The translations under genes and the position numbers were made by a program. From Staphylothermus hellenicus DSM 12710 (GTDB lineage Archaea > Thermoproteota > Thermoprotei_A > Sulfolobales > Desulfurococcaceae), in the NCBI RefSeq assembly GCF_000092465.1, contig NC_014205.1, positions 1,530,001-1,562,000 of the forward strand: 32,000 bases of DNA, read 5' to 3'. Each line of letters opens with the position of its first letter. Position 1 is the first letter of the stretch. Below the pieces are notes generated by a model. The model was not told where the DNA came from and searched no databases. It was given only the letters and a program-made list of their open reading frames with translations. This document shows positions 1-7,758 of this stretch, piece after piece.

Positions 1-57
1 GAAACAGCATCTGGATCAGCATTTTTATGTGTTAATATACCGTATACTAGTCCTTTA

Positions 58-384
58 TTACTGAGTAGAAACCTTCTCAACTTGTTTATATTTTCTAAGT
101 TCTCTTTCAAAAATTCTTCTAGCTTCATTTATTGCGTCACCCAGGATCTTATTGTAGTTCATAATATCTATATATCCAGCCTTAACACCTATGTCTAGGA
201 ACAAAGTAATCTTGTCTCCTTCATGTGTTATTTTTACTATAATATCGTATTCGCTTTTGGGTGGAAGAACTTGTTCTAGATACTCCCTTACATGTTCTTC
301 TACATATTCAATTATATTTGCCAGGTCTTCCAGCTTGATCTCTTCTAGGTTAAGGTTTAATGTTTTAATACGTGTTTTACGCAA
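58..384 (-). CDS. Small conserved archaeal protein of unknown function (possibly DUF3194-like), distal gene of the prefoldin/exosome cluster
   Basis: 108-aa ORF. It overlaps the upstream prefoldin-beta ORF by 8 nt on the same strand. The family name is recalled from gene neighbourhood and is not verified. Confidence 0.6.
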   Translation of the reverse strand: MRKTRIKTLNLNLEEIKLEDLANIIEYVEEHVREYLEQVLPPKSEYDIIVKITHEGDKITLFLDIGVKAGYIDIMNYNKILGDAINEARRIFERELRKYKQVEKVSTQ

Positions 385-742
385 CTGTTATCCCATATTT
401 TGCTAAGAGTTCTCTAAGCCTCTTCTCGAGGTCGCTTATTTGTTTTTCTAGGATTTCAAGTTGTTTCTTATATTTATCCTTTTTTATACCCAGTATTTCC
501 TTGCGTTCTTCTAGTTCCTTTATTATTTCATCTCTGGATTTCTTGACGAGAACATGCCCGACCATTTTATATATATCTGTTTCCTGCTCCATTGTTTTAA
601 GTGTGTCAAGAACATGATCTATATCTGCTAATTCTGCTTCAACTAGTTTAAGCTCTGCATCAAGTTTTGCATAGTTATCTCTTAATGTTTGATATTGTGT
701 TAGGGTTTGTTGTACTTCTGGTGGGAGTCTCTGTTGACTCAT
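377..742 (-). CDS. pfdB: Prefoldin beta subunit
   Basis: 121 aa. Two long coiled-coil segments flank a central beta-hairpin region (MVGHVLVKKSRDEII). It overlaps the upstream Pcc1 ORF by 4 nt. Confidence 0.85.
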   Translation of the reverse strand: MSQQRLPPEVQQTLTQYQTLRDNYAKLDAELKLVEAELADIDHVLDTLKTMEQETDIYKMVGHVLVKKSRDEIIKELEERKEILGIKKDKYKKQLEILEKQISDLEKRLRELLAKYGITVA

Positions 743-996
743 GCTTTAATCACCTCGTTATATACGTGTAATAGCATTGAAATAGTGCTTAAAAAACTAT
801 TATGTAGTGCTCTCAACATGTTTATCCTAGTACACCTAATTATAAGTAACAGTTCTGTTAAGTCCTCCTTTGACAACTCTACTATACAACCTGGAGAAGG
901 AGTCTTTGTTTCCGGATCCAATGCATCATATATTGCGTTTATCAACTTTTCATTCCTATCAGAAATAACTAGTTCTAGAATAGCTTTCTTAAACAT
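739..996 (-). CDS. pcc1: KEOPS subunit Pcc1 (CTAG/Pcc1 family)
   Basis: 85 aa. Pattern AIYDALDPET...RINMLRALHNSFLSTISMLL is typical of Pcc1. It occupies the conserved position between Brix and prefoldin beta. Confidence 0.75.
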   Translation of the reverse strand: MFKKAILELVISDRNEKLINAIYDALDPETKTPSPGCIVELSKEDLTELLLIIRCTRINMLRALHNSFLSTISMLLHVYNEVIKA

Positions 997-1531
997 GTGT
1001 TTTTACACCAATTACACGTATTATGGGCCCGCATGGTTTACCTAGTCTATTTAAAGGTTTAACAACGGTGAAACTCTTTGTTTCTTCAAGCTTAACTATA
1101 ACATCTGCTTTTTCGCTTATTATTTCATGAAATATTGTAATGAATAGGTCTGCTAGCTTATAGCATTCATCTTTCATGCATGCATTATAGTCTATTGTTA
1201 TTGTTTCCGGATTATACGCTCTTGACGCATCAGGGTTTTCTCTTGTAAGATTCACTCCTTTAATAATAATTGTTGCTATATGTTTTGTTTTAGGAGGTTT
1301 TTCATCTATGTAAACCCTATAAATTTTGATTATTGATGGATTCCCTTTTCTCTCTCCCACAATGAATATGTATTGTTTTCTATCTCTATACGCTTCAAGT
1401 CCTAGTTCTTCAATAGTTTTCTTACCCCTGTTTATATGTTTGGAAAAAGGCAGAGTATTTGCTAAGTCTTTTATAAAAGAACGTGTTCTTTGGCTAGGTT
1501 TATGGGAGGTTGTTATTAAAACGCCTGGCAT
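989..1531 (-). CDS. Brix-domain (Imp4-like) ribosome biogenesis protein
   Basis: 180 aa. The N-terminus LITTSHKPSQRTRSFIKDLANTLP...NRGKKTIEEL matches the Brix/Imp4 signature. Conserved superoperon position. Confidence 0.85.
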   Translation of the reverse strand: MPGVLITTSHKPSQRTRSFIKDLANTLPFSKHINRGKKTIEELGLEAYRDRKQYIFIVGERKGNPSIIKIYRVYIDEKPPKTKHIATIIIKGVNLTRENPDASRAYNPETITIDYNACMKDECYKLADLFITIFHEIISEKADVIVKLEETKSFTVVKPLNRLGKPCGPIIRVIGVKTHV

Positions 1532-1551
1532 ATGAAATCATCGATTAAGGA

Positions 1552-1815
1552 TCACTCGCGGATAATGTATTTTCCAAAATATCTGCTGAGCTCTGTTCTG
1601 GGAACATATGCTCCTCCAGCCCATTTATTGCCGCATTTTCTACAGTACCATATACCAGTGCTTAGCCTTTGCACGGTTCCCCTCGCTCCACAGAATGGAC
1701 ATACATGGGGAGCATATCTTTTCTCTAGTATATCTCTTACTTTTTTACGCAAGGTGGATCCGTATCTTGCACCATATCTTCCAGCGATTCCGACAGCTTT
1801 AGTTCTTCTCGCCAT
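1552..1815 (-). CDS. rpl37ae: 50S ribosomal protein L37Ae (eL43)
   Basis: 87 aa. RRTKAVGIAGRYGARYG plus a CxxC...CxxC zinc ribbon (CPFCG...CRKCG). Confidence 0.95.
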   Translation of the reverse strand: MARRTKAVGIAGRYGARYGSTLRKKVRDILEKRYAPHVCPFCGARGTVQRLSTGIWYCRKCGNKWAGGAYVPRTELSRYFGKYIIRE

Positions 1816-1852
1816 CTCTATGATTCACCTCTTCATCGCGTAAGCATTTATT

Positions 1853-2710
1853 TTAGACTAGGGTTTTTATGTAGGTATTTGGATTATTTAATACTTCCCT
1901 TAATAAACCATGTAGTTCAGATGCTTTTTTCAATGCAATATCCACTAATTGATCAATCATTTTTGGTTTTATGCCTTTCATCCCCATTTTCTGTATACCA
2001 ACGATCCTATTTGTTTCATCGATTGCAAACGTTATTCTTGAATCAACAACTAGTTCTTCATCAATGTTTGGATCAACTATTATGATGTCATCAATAATAC
2101 CTAGTGTAACAGTTACAACATTTAGATTCAGTGGCAGCGGCGCTTCTTTTACAGTTTTATCAATTACTACATTTTCATCCTCTATGCTTACAATTCTCGG
2201 TATCTTGGTCATATTTAATGCCAGCATTGTTGATAACATTCCTGTATCTATTATGTTTCCATAGTGATCGATTAAGTATAGGTCATTGAATATTAGCCAT
2301 ACTTTCTTACCAGGAATAACAACTAGGTCTTCAAGCCTAATAGCTTTAGGTTCTCTCAGACTCCTATCTATTACTCTAGCAGTTTCAATAGCGTTCTCGT
2401 CTGGAGGGCCTGGTTCAAAAGTTGGGGATGCTAGGGGGACAAACTCGGCATGTACCTGTAAAACGCCCTCATTTGGTCTGTCACTATAGGGTGTTCCTAT
2501 TTCTAGTTTCACACCAGTAATGACGAATGTGTTACCAAGTTTAACAGCAGCACTTCCTTCAGCTTTAGGTATAGGGTTCAAGAATACCTCTATAGGTCTA
2601 TACTCGTCTAGTTTTCTTCCATCAATTCTTTCTCCTTGCTTTAAAAGTTTCTTAATTGTTTCATGTTTTATCTTGGGAACAATTGGTTGCCTAGTTGGAG
2701 TTAAGGACAT
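1853..2710 (-). CDS. rrp42: Exosome complex RNase PH-like subunit Rrp42
   Basis: 285 aa RNase PH fold (RIDGRKLDEYRPIEV...). It lies immediately downstream of Rrp41. Confidence 0.9.
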   Translation of the reverse strand: MSLTPTRQPIVPKIKHETIKKLLKQGERIDGRKLDEYRPIEVFLNPIPKAEGSAAVKLGNTFVITGVKLEIGTPYSDRPNEGVLQVHAEFVPLASPTFEPGPPDENAIETARVIDRSLREPKAIRLEDLVVIPGKKVWLIFNDLYLIDHYGNIIDTGMLSTMLALNMTKIPRIVSIEDENVVIDKTVKEAPLPLNLNVVTVTLGIIDDIIIVDPNIDEELVVDSRITFAIDETNRIVGIQKMGMKGIKPKMIDQLVDIALKKASELHGLLREVLNNPNTYIKTLV

Positions 2711-2721
2711 GGTTTAACACC

Positions 2722-3465
2722 TTATTCTTCGAGTACTTTTAAATATTTTTTATGAAGAGTTTCCTTCATGATCTTATAGATTTGTTCAGCACCCCGCTTA
2801 GCCAGGTTTAAGGCTTCTTTGAACTCCTCAACAGTAAATACGCCGTTGAGCTGTAATAGTACTATTTCATCTATGCCGGCAGCGTATCCTATAGGCATAT
2901 CGGCTTCGCCATATTCATCTTCTACTTCATCAATATCTAGAACAAGTACTCCATCTACCTTTCCAGCGGCAACACCAGCAACTAAATCTCTCATAGGTAT
3001 GCCTGCATCTGCGAGAGCTAGTGATGCAGCTGTTAATCCAGTGGTTCTAGTTCCGCCATCAGCTTGTAATACCTCTATGAATACATCAATTGTTGTTCTC
3101 GGATATAGTTCTGAGAAGACCAGTGATTCTAGGGCTTCCCTTATTACTTTTGACAATTCTATTTCTCGACGAGATGGTGCAGGGCTTTTTCTATCACTAG
3201 TAGAGAATGGTGCCATATGATATCTGCATCTTATCAATGCTCTGTCAGGTAATGCTAGATGTCTGGGATAAACTTCTCGTGGGCCATAAACTGCAGCTAT
3301 AATTTTTGTTCCACCATACTCTACATATGCTGATCCATCAGCATTTTTTAAAACTCCTACATCCATTTTTATTGGTCTTAATTCATCTGGTCTTCGACCA
3401 TCATGTCTTAATCCATCTTCTCTTATAAGAACTGGTTTCTCCAATTTCTCATCCCTCTTCTCCAA
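2722..3465 (-). CDS. rrp41: Exosome complex exonuclease Rrp41
   Basis: 247 aa. [36 protein letters not shown] and the ADGGTRT phosphate-binding motif of RNase PH. Confidence 0.92.
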   Translation of the reverse strand: MEKRDEKLEKPVLIREDGLRHDGRRPDELRPIKMDVGVLKNADGSAYVEYGGTKIIAAVYGPREVYPRHLALPDRALIRCRYHMAPFSTSDRKSPAPSRREIELSKVIREALESLVFSELYPRTTIDVFIEVLQADGGTRTTGLTAASLALADAGIPMRDLVAGVAAGKVDGVLVLDIDEVEDEYGEADMPIGYAAGIDEIVLLQLNGVFTVEEFKEALNLAKRGAEQIYKIMKETLHKKYLKVLEE

Positions 3466-4171
3466 GAGATTTATCTAGAAAAAGCCTTATTTCCTCGGTT
3501 AATCCACGCATATGAACCTTGTCCTCTATAATTTTTAGGGCTTGGATAAGAATATTTAAGCGATGATTATCTGGGCATCTAGCCCATATCATGCCGTTTT
3601 GGGCAACAACAATATTGCATCCAGTCTTACTTGTTAGTAAGTTCAACATGCTTCCTTTCTTGCCTATTATTCTTGGGACACGGCTTGGTTTAACCTCTAT
3701 TACTGTTCCCTCGGTGATTTTGCCTAAACCCTTACCTTTAATTGTTAGGATCGGGTCTCTTGTTCTATCAAATACAGAGATTTTCGCCAGAATATATTCG
3801 CCTATATCCAGGTAATCTCTAAGATTATGTATGATTGGATTGAATCCTTCAATAACTTCCGAGCCGTTAAGTATGGCTTTATATGGTGCTCGTATATCTA
3901 TTATCCAGTTTGTTATACCTACTCCGGTAACTAGTCCTATTACTAAATCGTCTTTTTTAGGAAAATAAACACCTTCAAGTGGAATTACGGAAACAGTTTT
4001 ATCGGTTATTGATACTATTCCAAGAACATCTGAGTAGATCCTGTTTTCTGCAATATAAACATGTTTTTCAGGTAGGTATTTAGGAGTGGCTTCTCCACTA
4101 TTTTCAATTATGGCAAGTATGTCGCCAGGTCTCACTATCTGCCGATCTGCAACAAGTATTTTTAGATCCAT
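3449..4171 (-). CDS. rrp4: Exosome RNA-binding cap subunit Rrp4 (S1 + KH)
   Basis: 240 aa. N-terminal domain and S1-like barrel, then a KH GxxG motif ([12 protein letters not shown]). It overlaps the downstream Rrp41 ORF (start 3465) by 17 nt. Confidence 0.9.
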   Translation of the reverse strand: MDLKILVADRQIVRPGDILAIIENSGEATPKYLPEKHVYIAENRIYSDVLGIVSITDKTVSVIPLEGVYFPKKDDLVIGLVTGVGITNWIIDIRAPYKAILNGSEVIEGFNPIIHNLRDYLDIGEYILAKISVFDRTRDPILTIKGKGLGKITEGTVIEVKPSRVPRIIGKKGSMLNLLTSKTGCNIVVAQNGMIWARCPDNHRLNILIQALKIIEDKVHMRGLTEEIRLFLDKSLGEEG

Positions 4172-4178
4172 TACTGGT

Positions 4179-4883
4179 TCACCTCACATATAATACTTTT
4201 ATATTCGCAGATCCATGTGTTACTTTGTTAATTCTCTCAATGAGTTCCTCCTGCATCCCAGCAGGGATTTCGATTTCAACTAGTAAGCTTCCATCATTTA
4301 ACCAATTGCTTTTCTTTATCTCTCCAATACTACTTAAAACTTTATATACCTTCCCACTAAACTGAGGCGGGACTTTCACTGCAATATATGCTTTAGCGAT
4401 CTTTATAGGTATGATTCTCGCGATTTTAGAAACTATTTCCTCAATTTGTGATTTAGGGCTTTTAAAAGGATCAATTGATACTCTAGCCTGTTCCATTGCA
4501 AGTTCTATTCGCTTAGGAGGTATTGGAAGCTTAGTCTTTGGATCGATGGCGTTTCTAGCAATTAAGCTAATAATTTGTCTCCTCTTATTTTCTATAATTC
4601 TCCTCCTTTGTTCAGCGGTTAAATGAATTTCTCCACGTTTAATGATCTCCAAGGCTACCTTCTTTATATCATCCGTGCCGAAAACAGCTCTTAGGCTTTC
4701 CGGAGAAGCTTTCAATCCCTTCCTAGCATCTTTATAGACATAGTCACCAACTAATAATTCATCGATATTTACAGTTTTTCCTTCCTTAACCTTAAGAGCA
4801 AGATCAGGGTTTACAAGAATCTCAAACTTGTGACCTTTCGCTTCATATCTTGCAATAACGTGTTTTTCAGGCAAAACACTCAC
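4179..4883 (-). CDS. SBDS/Sdo1-family ribosome maturation protein
   Basis: 234 aa. The N-terminus ARYEAKGHKFEILVNPDLALKVKEG is typical of SBDS. Conserved position between proteasome alpha and Rrp4. Confidence 0.9.
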   Translation of the reverse strand: MSVLPEKHVIARYEAKGHKFEILVNPDLALKVKEGKTVNIDELLVGDYVYKDARKGLKASPESLRAVFGTDDIKKVALEIIKRGEIHLTAEQRRRIIENKRRQIISLIARNAIDPKTKLPIPPKRIELAMEQARVSIDPFKSPKSQIEEIVSKIARIIPIKIAKAYIAVKVPPQFSGKVYKVLSSIGEIKKSNWLNDGSLLVEIEIPAGMQEELIERINKVTHGSANIKVLYVR

Positions 4884-4979
4884 CGTTTATTATAATTTAT
4901 TATATTGAGAAATTTATTTCTCGTTTTAAATGGTTCTAAATAGTCTTTGTTTATTATATAAAAATTTCTGGATAATTGT

Positions 4980-5726
4980 TTACTCTTTTATTTTACCCTC
5001 GCTTCTTAGTTCTTCGAGATACTTATCTATTTCTTCGGGTGTCATTATTCTAAATTCTTGTTTTTCTCTATCAATATATCCTGCCTCAATATTTTCATGC
5101 GATACTTTTCCCTCAATAATGTTCGCTATAGTTAGTATTCCCAGCTTTATCGTATCATGTATAGATATGTCGTATTTATAGTTCTTCTCTAGAAACTCTG
5201 TTGCACTACTGCTTTTCTCACCTATAGCTACTGCATAGTAGCTCAGATATCTACCGCTTGGCTCTGTCATGTATAGCTGCGGCCCTTTATCGTCAACGCC
5301 TACAAATATAATTGCTACTCCGAAAGGTCTTACACCAGCATGTTGAGTATATGCTTGTTTTATATCGCATACTTGTTTAGCAAGATATTCAACAGTTATT
5401 CTTTCATCATAGTAGAATCTATGAAGCAATGCTACTTGACGAGCATAATCAACTAATACTCTACCATCACTAGCTATTCCCGCGAAGCTAGCGCCTATAT
5501 GCTTATCTATCTTGAACACTTTCTGTACGGCTTTATCATCGATTAATGGCGAAATCTTACGTTTCTCGACAACGACAACGGCGCCCTCACGTCCCTTAAC
5601 ACCTAGAGTAGTCCATCCCCTTCTTACTGATTCGAAAGCGTATTCAACCTGGTAGATTCTGCCGTCTGGAGAGAATATAGTGATTGCTCTATCATATGCG
5701 GTAGCAGGCGATATACCGAGACCCAT
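4980..5726 (-). CDS. psmA: Proteasome alpha subunit
   Basis: 248 aa. YDRAITIFSPDGRIYQVEYAFE signature of 20S alpha subunits. Confidence 0.95.
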   Translation of the reverse strand: MGLGISPATAYDRAITIFSPDGRIYQVEYAFESVRRGWTTLGVKGREGAVVVVEKRKISPLIDDKAVQKVFKIDKHIGASFAGIASDGRVLVDYARQVALLHRFYYDERITVEYLAKQVCDIKQAYTQHAGVRPFGVAIIFVGVDDKGPQLYMTEPSGRYLSYYAVAIGEKSSSATEFLEKNYKYDISIHDTIKLGILTIANIIEGKVSHENIEAGYIDREKQEFRIMTPEEIDKYLEELRSEGKIKE

Positions 5727-5818
5727 TATTTACCACCATAAAACACCGGATAACCACTAATAACCGTATAATCATTAGGGAATAATAAGATTATTTGAGA
5801 AATATGATTATCTCGTGT

Positions 5819-5876
5819 ATGATGAAGAGTCCGACCCTTGACCTATTATAAGGGATGATGATAACTAGTTATCTGA
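5819..5876 (+). ncRNA. Box C/D sRNA candidate 1
   Basis: Layout read directly from the sequence:
- C box ATGATGA 5819-5825
- 12-nt spacer agagtccgaccc
- D' TTGA 5838-5841
- 13-nt linker
- C' ATGATGA 5855-5861
- 11-nt spacer taactagttat
- D CTGA 5873-5876
The flanks (tcgtgt / gtatgg) could form a weak, G-U-rich terminal stem. An AT-rich TATA-like stretch (aataataaga, 5781-5790) lies about 30 nt upstream. Confidence 0.65.
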
Positions 5877-5916
5877 GTATGGATTAGCTAGAAGCTCTCC
5901 TAAATCCTAAATAGGG

Positions 5917-6039
5917 TGGTGCGGGGGGTGGGATTTGAACCCACGCAGGCCTACGCCAGCGGATCTCCCCTCGGCGGACAACCTTACTGTCCCGCCGGTC
6001 TTAAGTCCGCCCCCTTTGACCAGGCTCGGGCACCCCCGC
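5917..6039 (-). tRNA. tRNA-Leu (anticodon UAA) with a 35-nt intron at the canonical 37/38 position and an encoded CCA
   Basis: Folded by hand from the reverse complement:
- acceptor stem GCGGGGG/CCCCCGC
- anticodon stem GCGGA/TCCGC
- anticodon loop CTTAAGA once 35 nt are removed
- long variable arm (type II tRNA)
- T arm GTGGG-TTCAAAT-CCCAC
- discriminator A followed by CCA
Total length is 123 nt, made of 88 nt of exons and a 35-nt intron. Confidence 0.9.
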
Positions 6040-6065
6040 ACCATTTATTTTTTGAGACAAGACTG

Positions 6066-6073
6066 TTTTATAA
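6066..6073 (-). promoter_or_regulatory. TATA box candidate for tRNA-Leu
   Basis: TTATAAAA on the minus strand, centred about 31 nt upstream of the tRNA 5' end (6039). This fits the archaeal TATA-to-TSS spacing with a short leader. Confidence 0.4.
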
Positions 6074-6095
6074 CCATTACTTTCGCAACAAATTA

Positions 6096-6145
6096 TCAGT
6101 TCGTCGCGAGTTCTTCATCTAGTCCATTTGGAGCGGCTTCATCAT
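6096..6145 (-). ncRNA. Box C/D sRNA candidate 2
   Basis: Minus-strand reading:
- C box ATGATGA (6145-6139)
- 12-nt spacer agccgctccaaa
- D' TGGA (6126-6123)
- 4-nt linker ctag
- C' ATGAAGA (6118-6112)
- 12-nt spacer actcgcgacgaa
- D CTGA (6099-6096)
This is the canonical archaeal 12-nt spacing. The candidate lies between the Pop5 stop (6180) and the tRNA-Leu 5' end (6039) on the same strand. Confidence 0.7.
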
Positions 6146-6179
6146 CTATTAGTTTTAATATAATTATAAGGAGTTATTT

Positions 6180-6695
6180 TTATTTCTGCAAATCTTTTCT
6201 CAGACTATACATTATTTTCCTTGCCTTCTTAAGTGTTCCAGTAGTTTTTAATGGAACCACTAAGCATTCATGGCTGTTGATTTTCTTGATTGTTCCAAGT
6301 ACAGCTAAGGCTTCATCTTTATATGTATGAGCTACTCTAAGAACTCCTCTTTTAATAGATGGATCAAAATATATAAGCTGGGGATCGGCTTTGACAAGGG
6401 AAATTCGGCCCAATAATTTTTCCCAATATGAACGAATGCTTTTCTCTATCTTTATTTTGTCGATTTTAAAATCGCTGCTAGATAGAATGGCGAAAACTAT
6501 GTATCTTTTCCTTATTTTGCCTGGTTTACTTATGGCTTCTTTATTTTTTATATAAACTAGTCTTAATAGATCAATATTTTTCTGTAACTTGTTTAATCGG
6601 AGCATGAGCCTTTTAATTCTTCTCCCCAAAATATACGTTATAATAACGAGTAATATTGAAAGTATAGATAAGATAATTATTAACAGTAGCATCAT
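6180..6695 (-). CDS. rnp2: RNase P protein component Pop5 (Rnp2); start codon uncertain (6695 or 6605)
   Basis: Pop5-like similarity begins near residue 56 (KIRKRYIVFAI...GVLRVAH...LKTTGTLKKARK). The first 55 residues are a hydrophobic and basic extension. An alternative ATG at 6605 would give 141 aa. Confidence 0.85.
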   Translation of the reverse strand: MMLLLIIILSILSILLVIITYILGRRIKRLMLRLNKLQKNIDLLRLVYIKNKEAISKPGKIRKRYIVFAILSSSDFKIDKIKIEKSIRSYWEKLLGRISLVKADPQLIYFDPSIKRGVLRVAHTYKDEALAVLGTIKKINSHECLVVPLKTTGTLKKARKIMYSLRKDLQK

Positions 6696-7309
6696 ATTTT
6701 AACACCATTAGCAACAATTATTTCTCGAGGAAAAGATGTTAGGTAAATTAGAGCTTGTTTAATATTTATGTCGAACAGTATTTTAGATAAATATGTTGCT
6801 CCAACGGGGTTTAATAACTCACTTGTTTTAGTTGCATGGCTAGATATGATTAATGGTATGTTTCTTTGAAGAGCTAGATTTATTCTTCTATAAATCATTG
6901 ATTGATATTTTCTATTCGCTTTTAAAAAATCATTTAATGGAATCTCTAATGGTTTCGAGAATTGTTTCATCATATTAATCTGTGCCTTATCTATATAGTA
7001 TAGTGAATCTTTATCAATAATTATTGTGTCTACTCTTCCATCATGTGCAGCCATTCTTGCAGCTTCAATACTTAATGGTTTAACAGAAACAATTACTGTT
7101 TTATTCTTTATTCCACGTAGATGTTTTCGAAGCTCAGAACGTTTTTCAGCGGATATTACAGCTTTCTTTACGATTACTAAGTTGTTTATCTTTTTATACC
7201 TAGTACTAAGATCTTCTACTGCTACACCTATAAATCCAAGTTTATCCAGAAAATATATTATTTCCTCATTTATCTCCTTGATCCATAGATCAATAAATAT
7301 TTTTTTCAA
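6692..7309 (-). CDS. rnp3: RNase P protein component Rpp30 (Rnp3)
   Basis: 205 aa. TIM-barrel/PHP-like pattern with IPLIISSHATKTSELLNP, which corresponds to the conserved SSgA...lR.P segment of Rpp30. Adjacent to Pop5. Confidence 0.85.
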   Translation of the reverse strand: MKKIFIDLWIKEINEEIIYFLDKLGFIGVAVEDLSTRYKKINNLVIVKKAVISAEKRSELRKHLRGIKNKTVIVSVKPLSIEAARMAAHDGRVDTIIIDKDSLYYIDKAQINMMKQFSKPLEIPLNDFLKANRKYQSMIYRRINLALQRNIPLIISSHATKTSELLNPVGATYLSKILFDINIKQALIYLTSFPREIIVANGVKI

Positions 7310-7753
7310 TTACTTGATCAGCCCCATTTCTCTTAGAAATTCTTTTATTTTCTCAGGCCTTCTAGATCCTTTAAATCTTATTACTAACTTAATCACATCG
7401 TCTGAATCATGAATAACTACTTTTCCACTATATGCTTTCTGCTTACTTATTCTTAAGTAGAGCTTGTTCTCTCTACGACCATATCTGAGATCAAATGATA
7501 CGCTTAGTATTGTTTTTTCTGTATCATCCATCAGGTTGGCTATGTGTTTTAAGACTTGTTCAGCATTACTAGTTATAGTTGCTCTTATAATAGTTATAGG
7601 GTTACCGTAGTGTCCGCGGAGAACTTGTTTGTTAAAAACTATATTATTCCTTATATTAGATGGTAGAATATTTCTAACTGCGTGCAGGACTTTTTCGCAG
7701 TCCTCTGTTGCATGGCAATGTGTTAGAATAGTGATTTCTCTGACATTTATCAT
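7310..7753 (-). CDS. Predicted RNA-binding protein of the exosome superoperon (COG1325 / DUF54-like)
   Basis: 147 aa. The N-terminus ITILTHCHATEDCEKVLHAVRNILP matches the hATED.ekV signature remembered for this family. Conserved position between L15e and Rpp30. Confidence 0.7.
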   Translation of the reverse strand: MINVREITILTHCHATEDCEKVLHAVRNILPSNIRNNIVFNKQVLRGHYGNPITIIRATITSNAEQVLKHIANLMDDTEKTILSVSFDLRYGRRENKLYLRISKQKAYSGKVVIHDSDDVIKLVIRFKGSRRPEKIKEFLREMGLIK

Positions 7754-7758
7754 TTTAC

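Noticed and set aside
1-22. Possible start of another minus-strand gene (ATG at 22-20) running off the left edge
   Set aside because: Only 7 codons are visible, so it cannot be evaluated.
5404-5410. ATGATGA motifs on the minus strand inside CDS (psmA 5404-5410, S24e 18947-18953, S6e ~22748, ndk 25389-25395)
   Set aside because: None is followed by D'/C'/D boxes at the proper spacing. They simply encode Asp-Asp, Met-Met or similar codon pairs.
5826-5837. D' guide of sRNA-1 targeting the neighbouring tRNA-Leu (GGGGCGGACUUA region)
   Set aside because: Only 9 of 12 positions match, with just 6 contiguous and an internal mismatch next to the predicted methylation site. This is below what functional guides normally need.
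5916-6330. Plus-strand ORFs 5916-6122 and 5935-6330 overlapping the tRNA region
   Set aside because: They are open only because the GC-rich tRNA-Leu and the sRNA region lack stop codons on the opposite strand. The locus is explained by the RNA genes.
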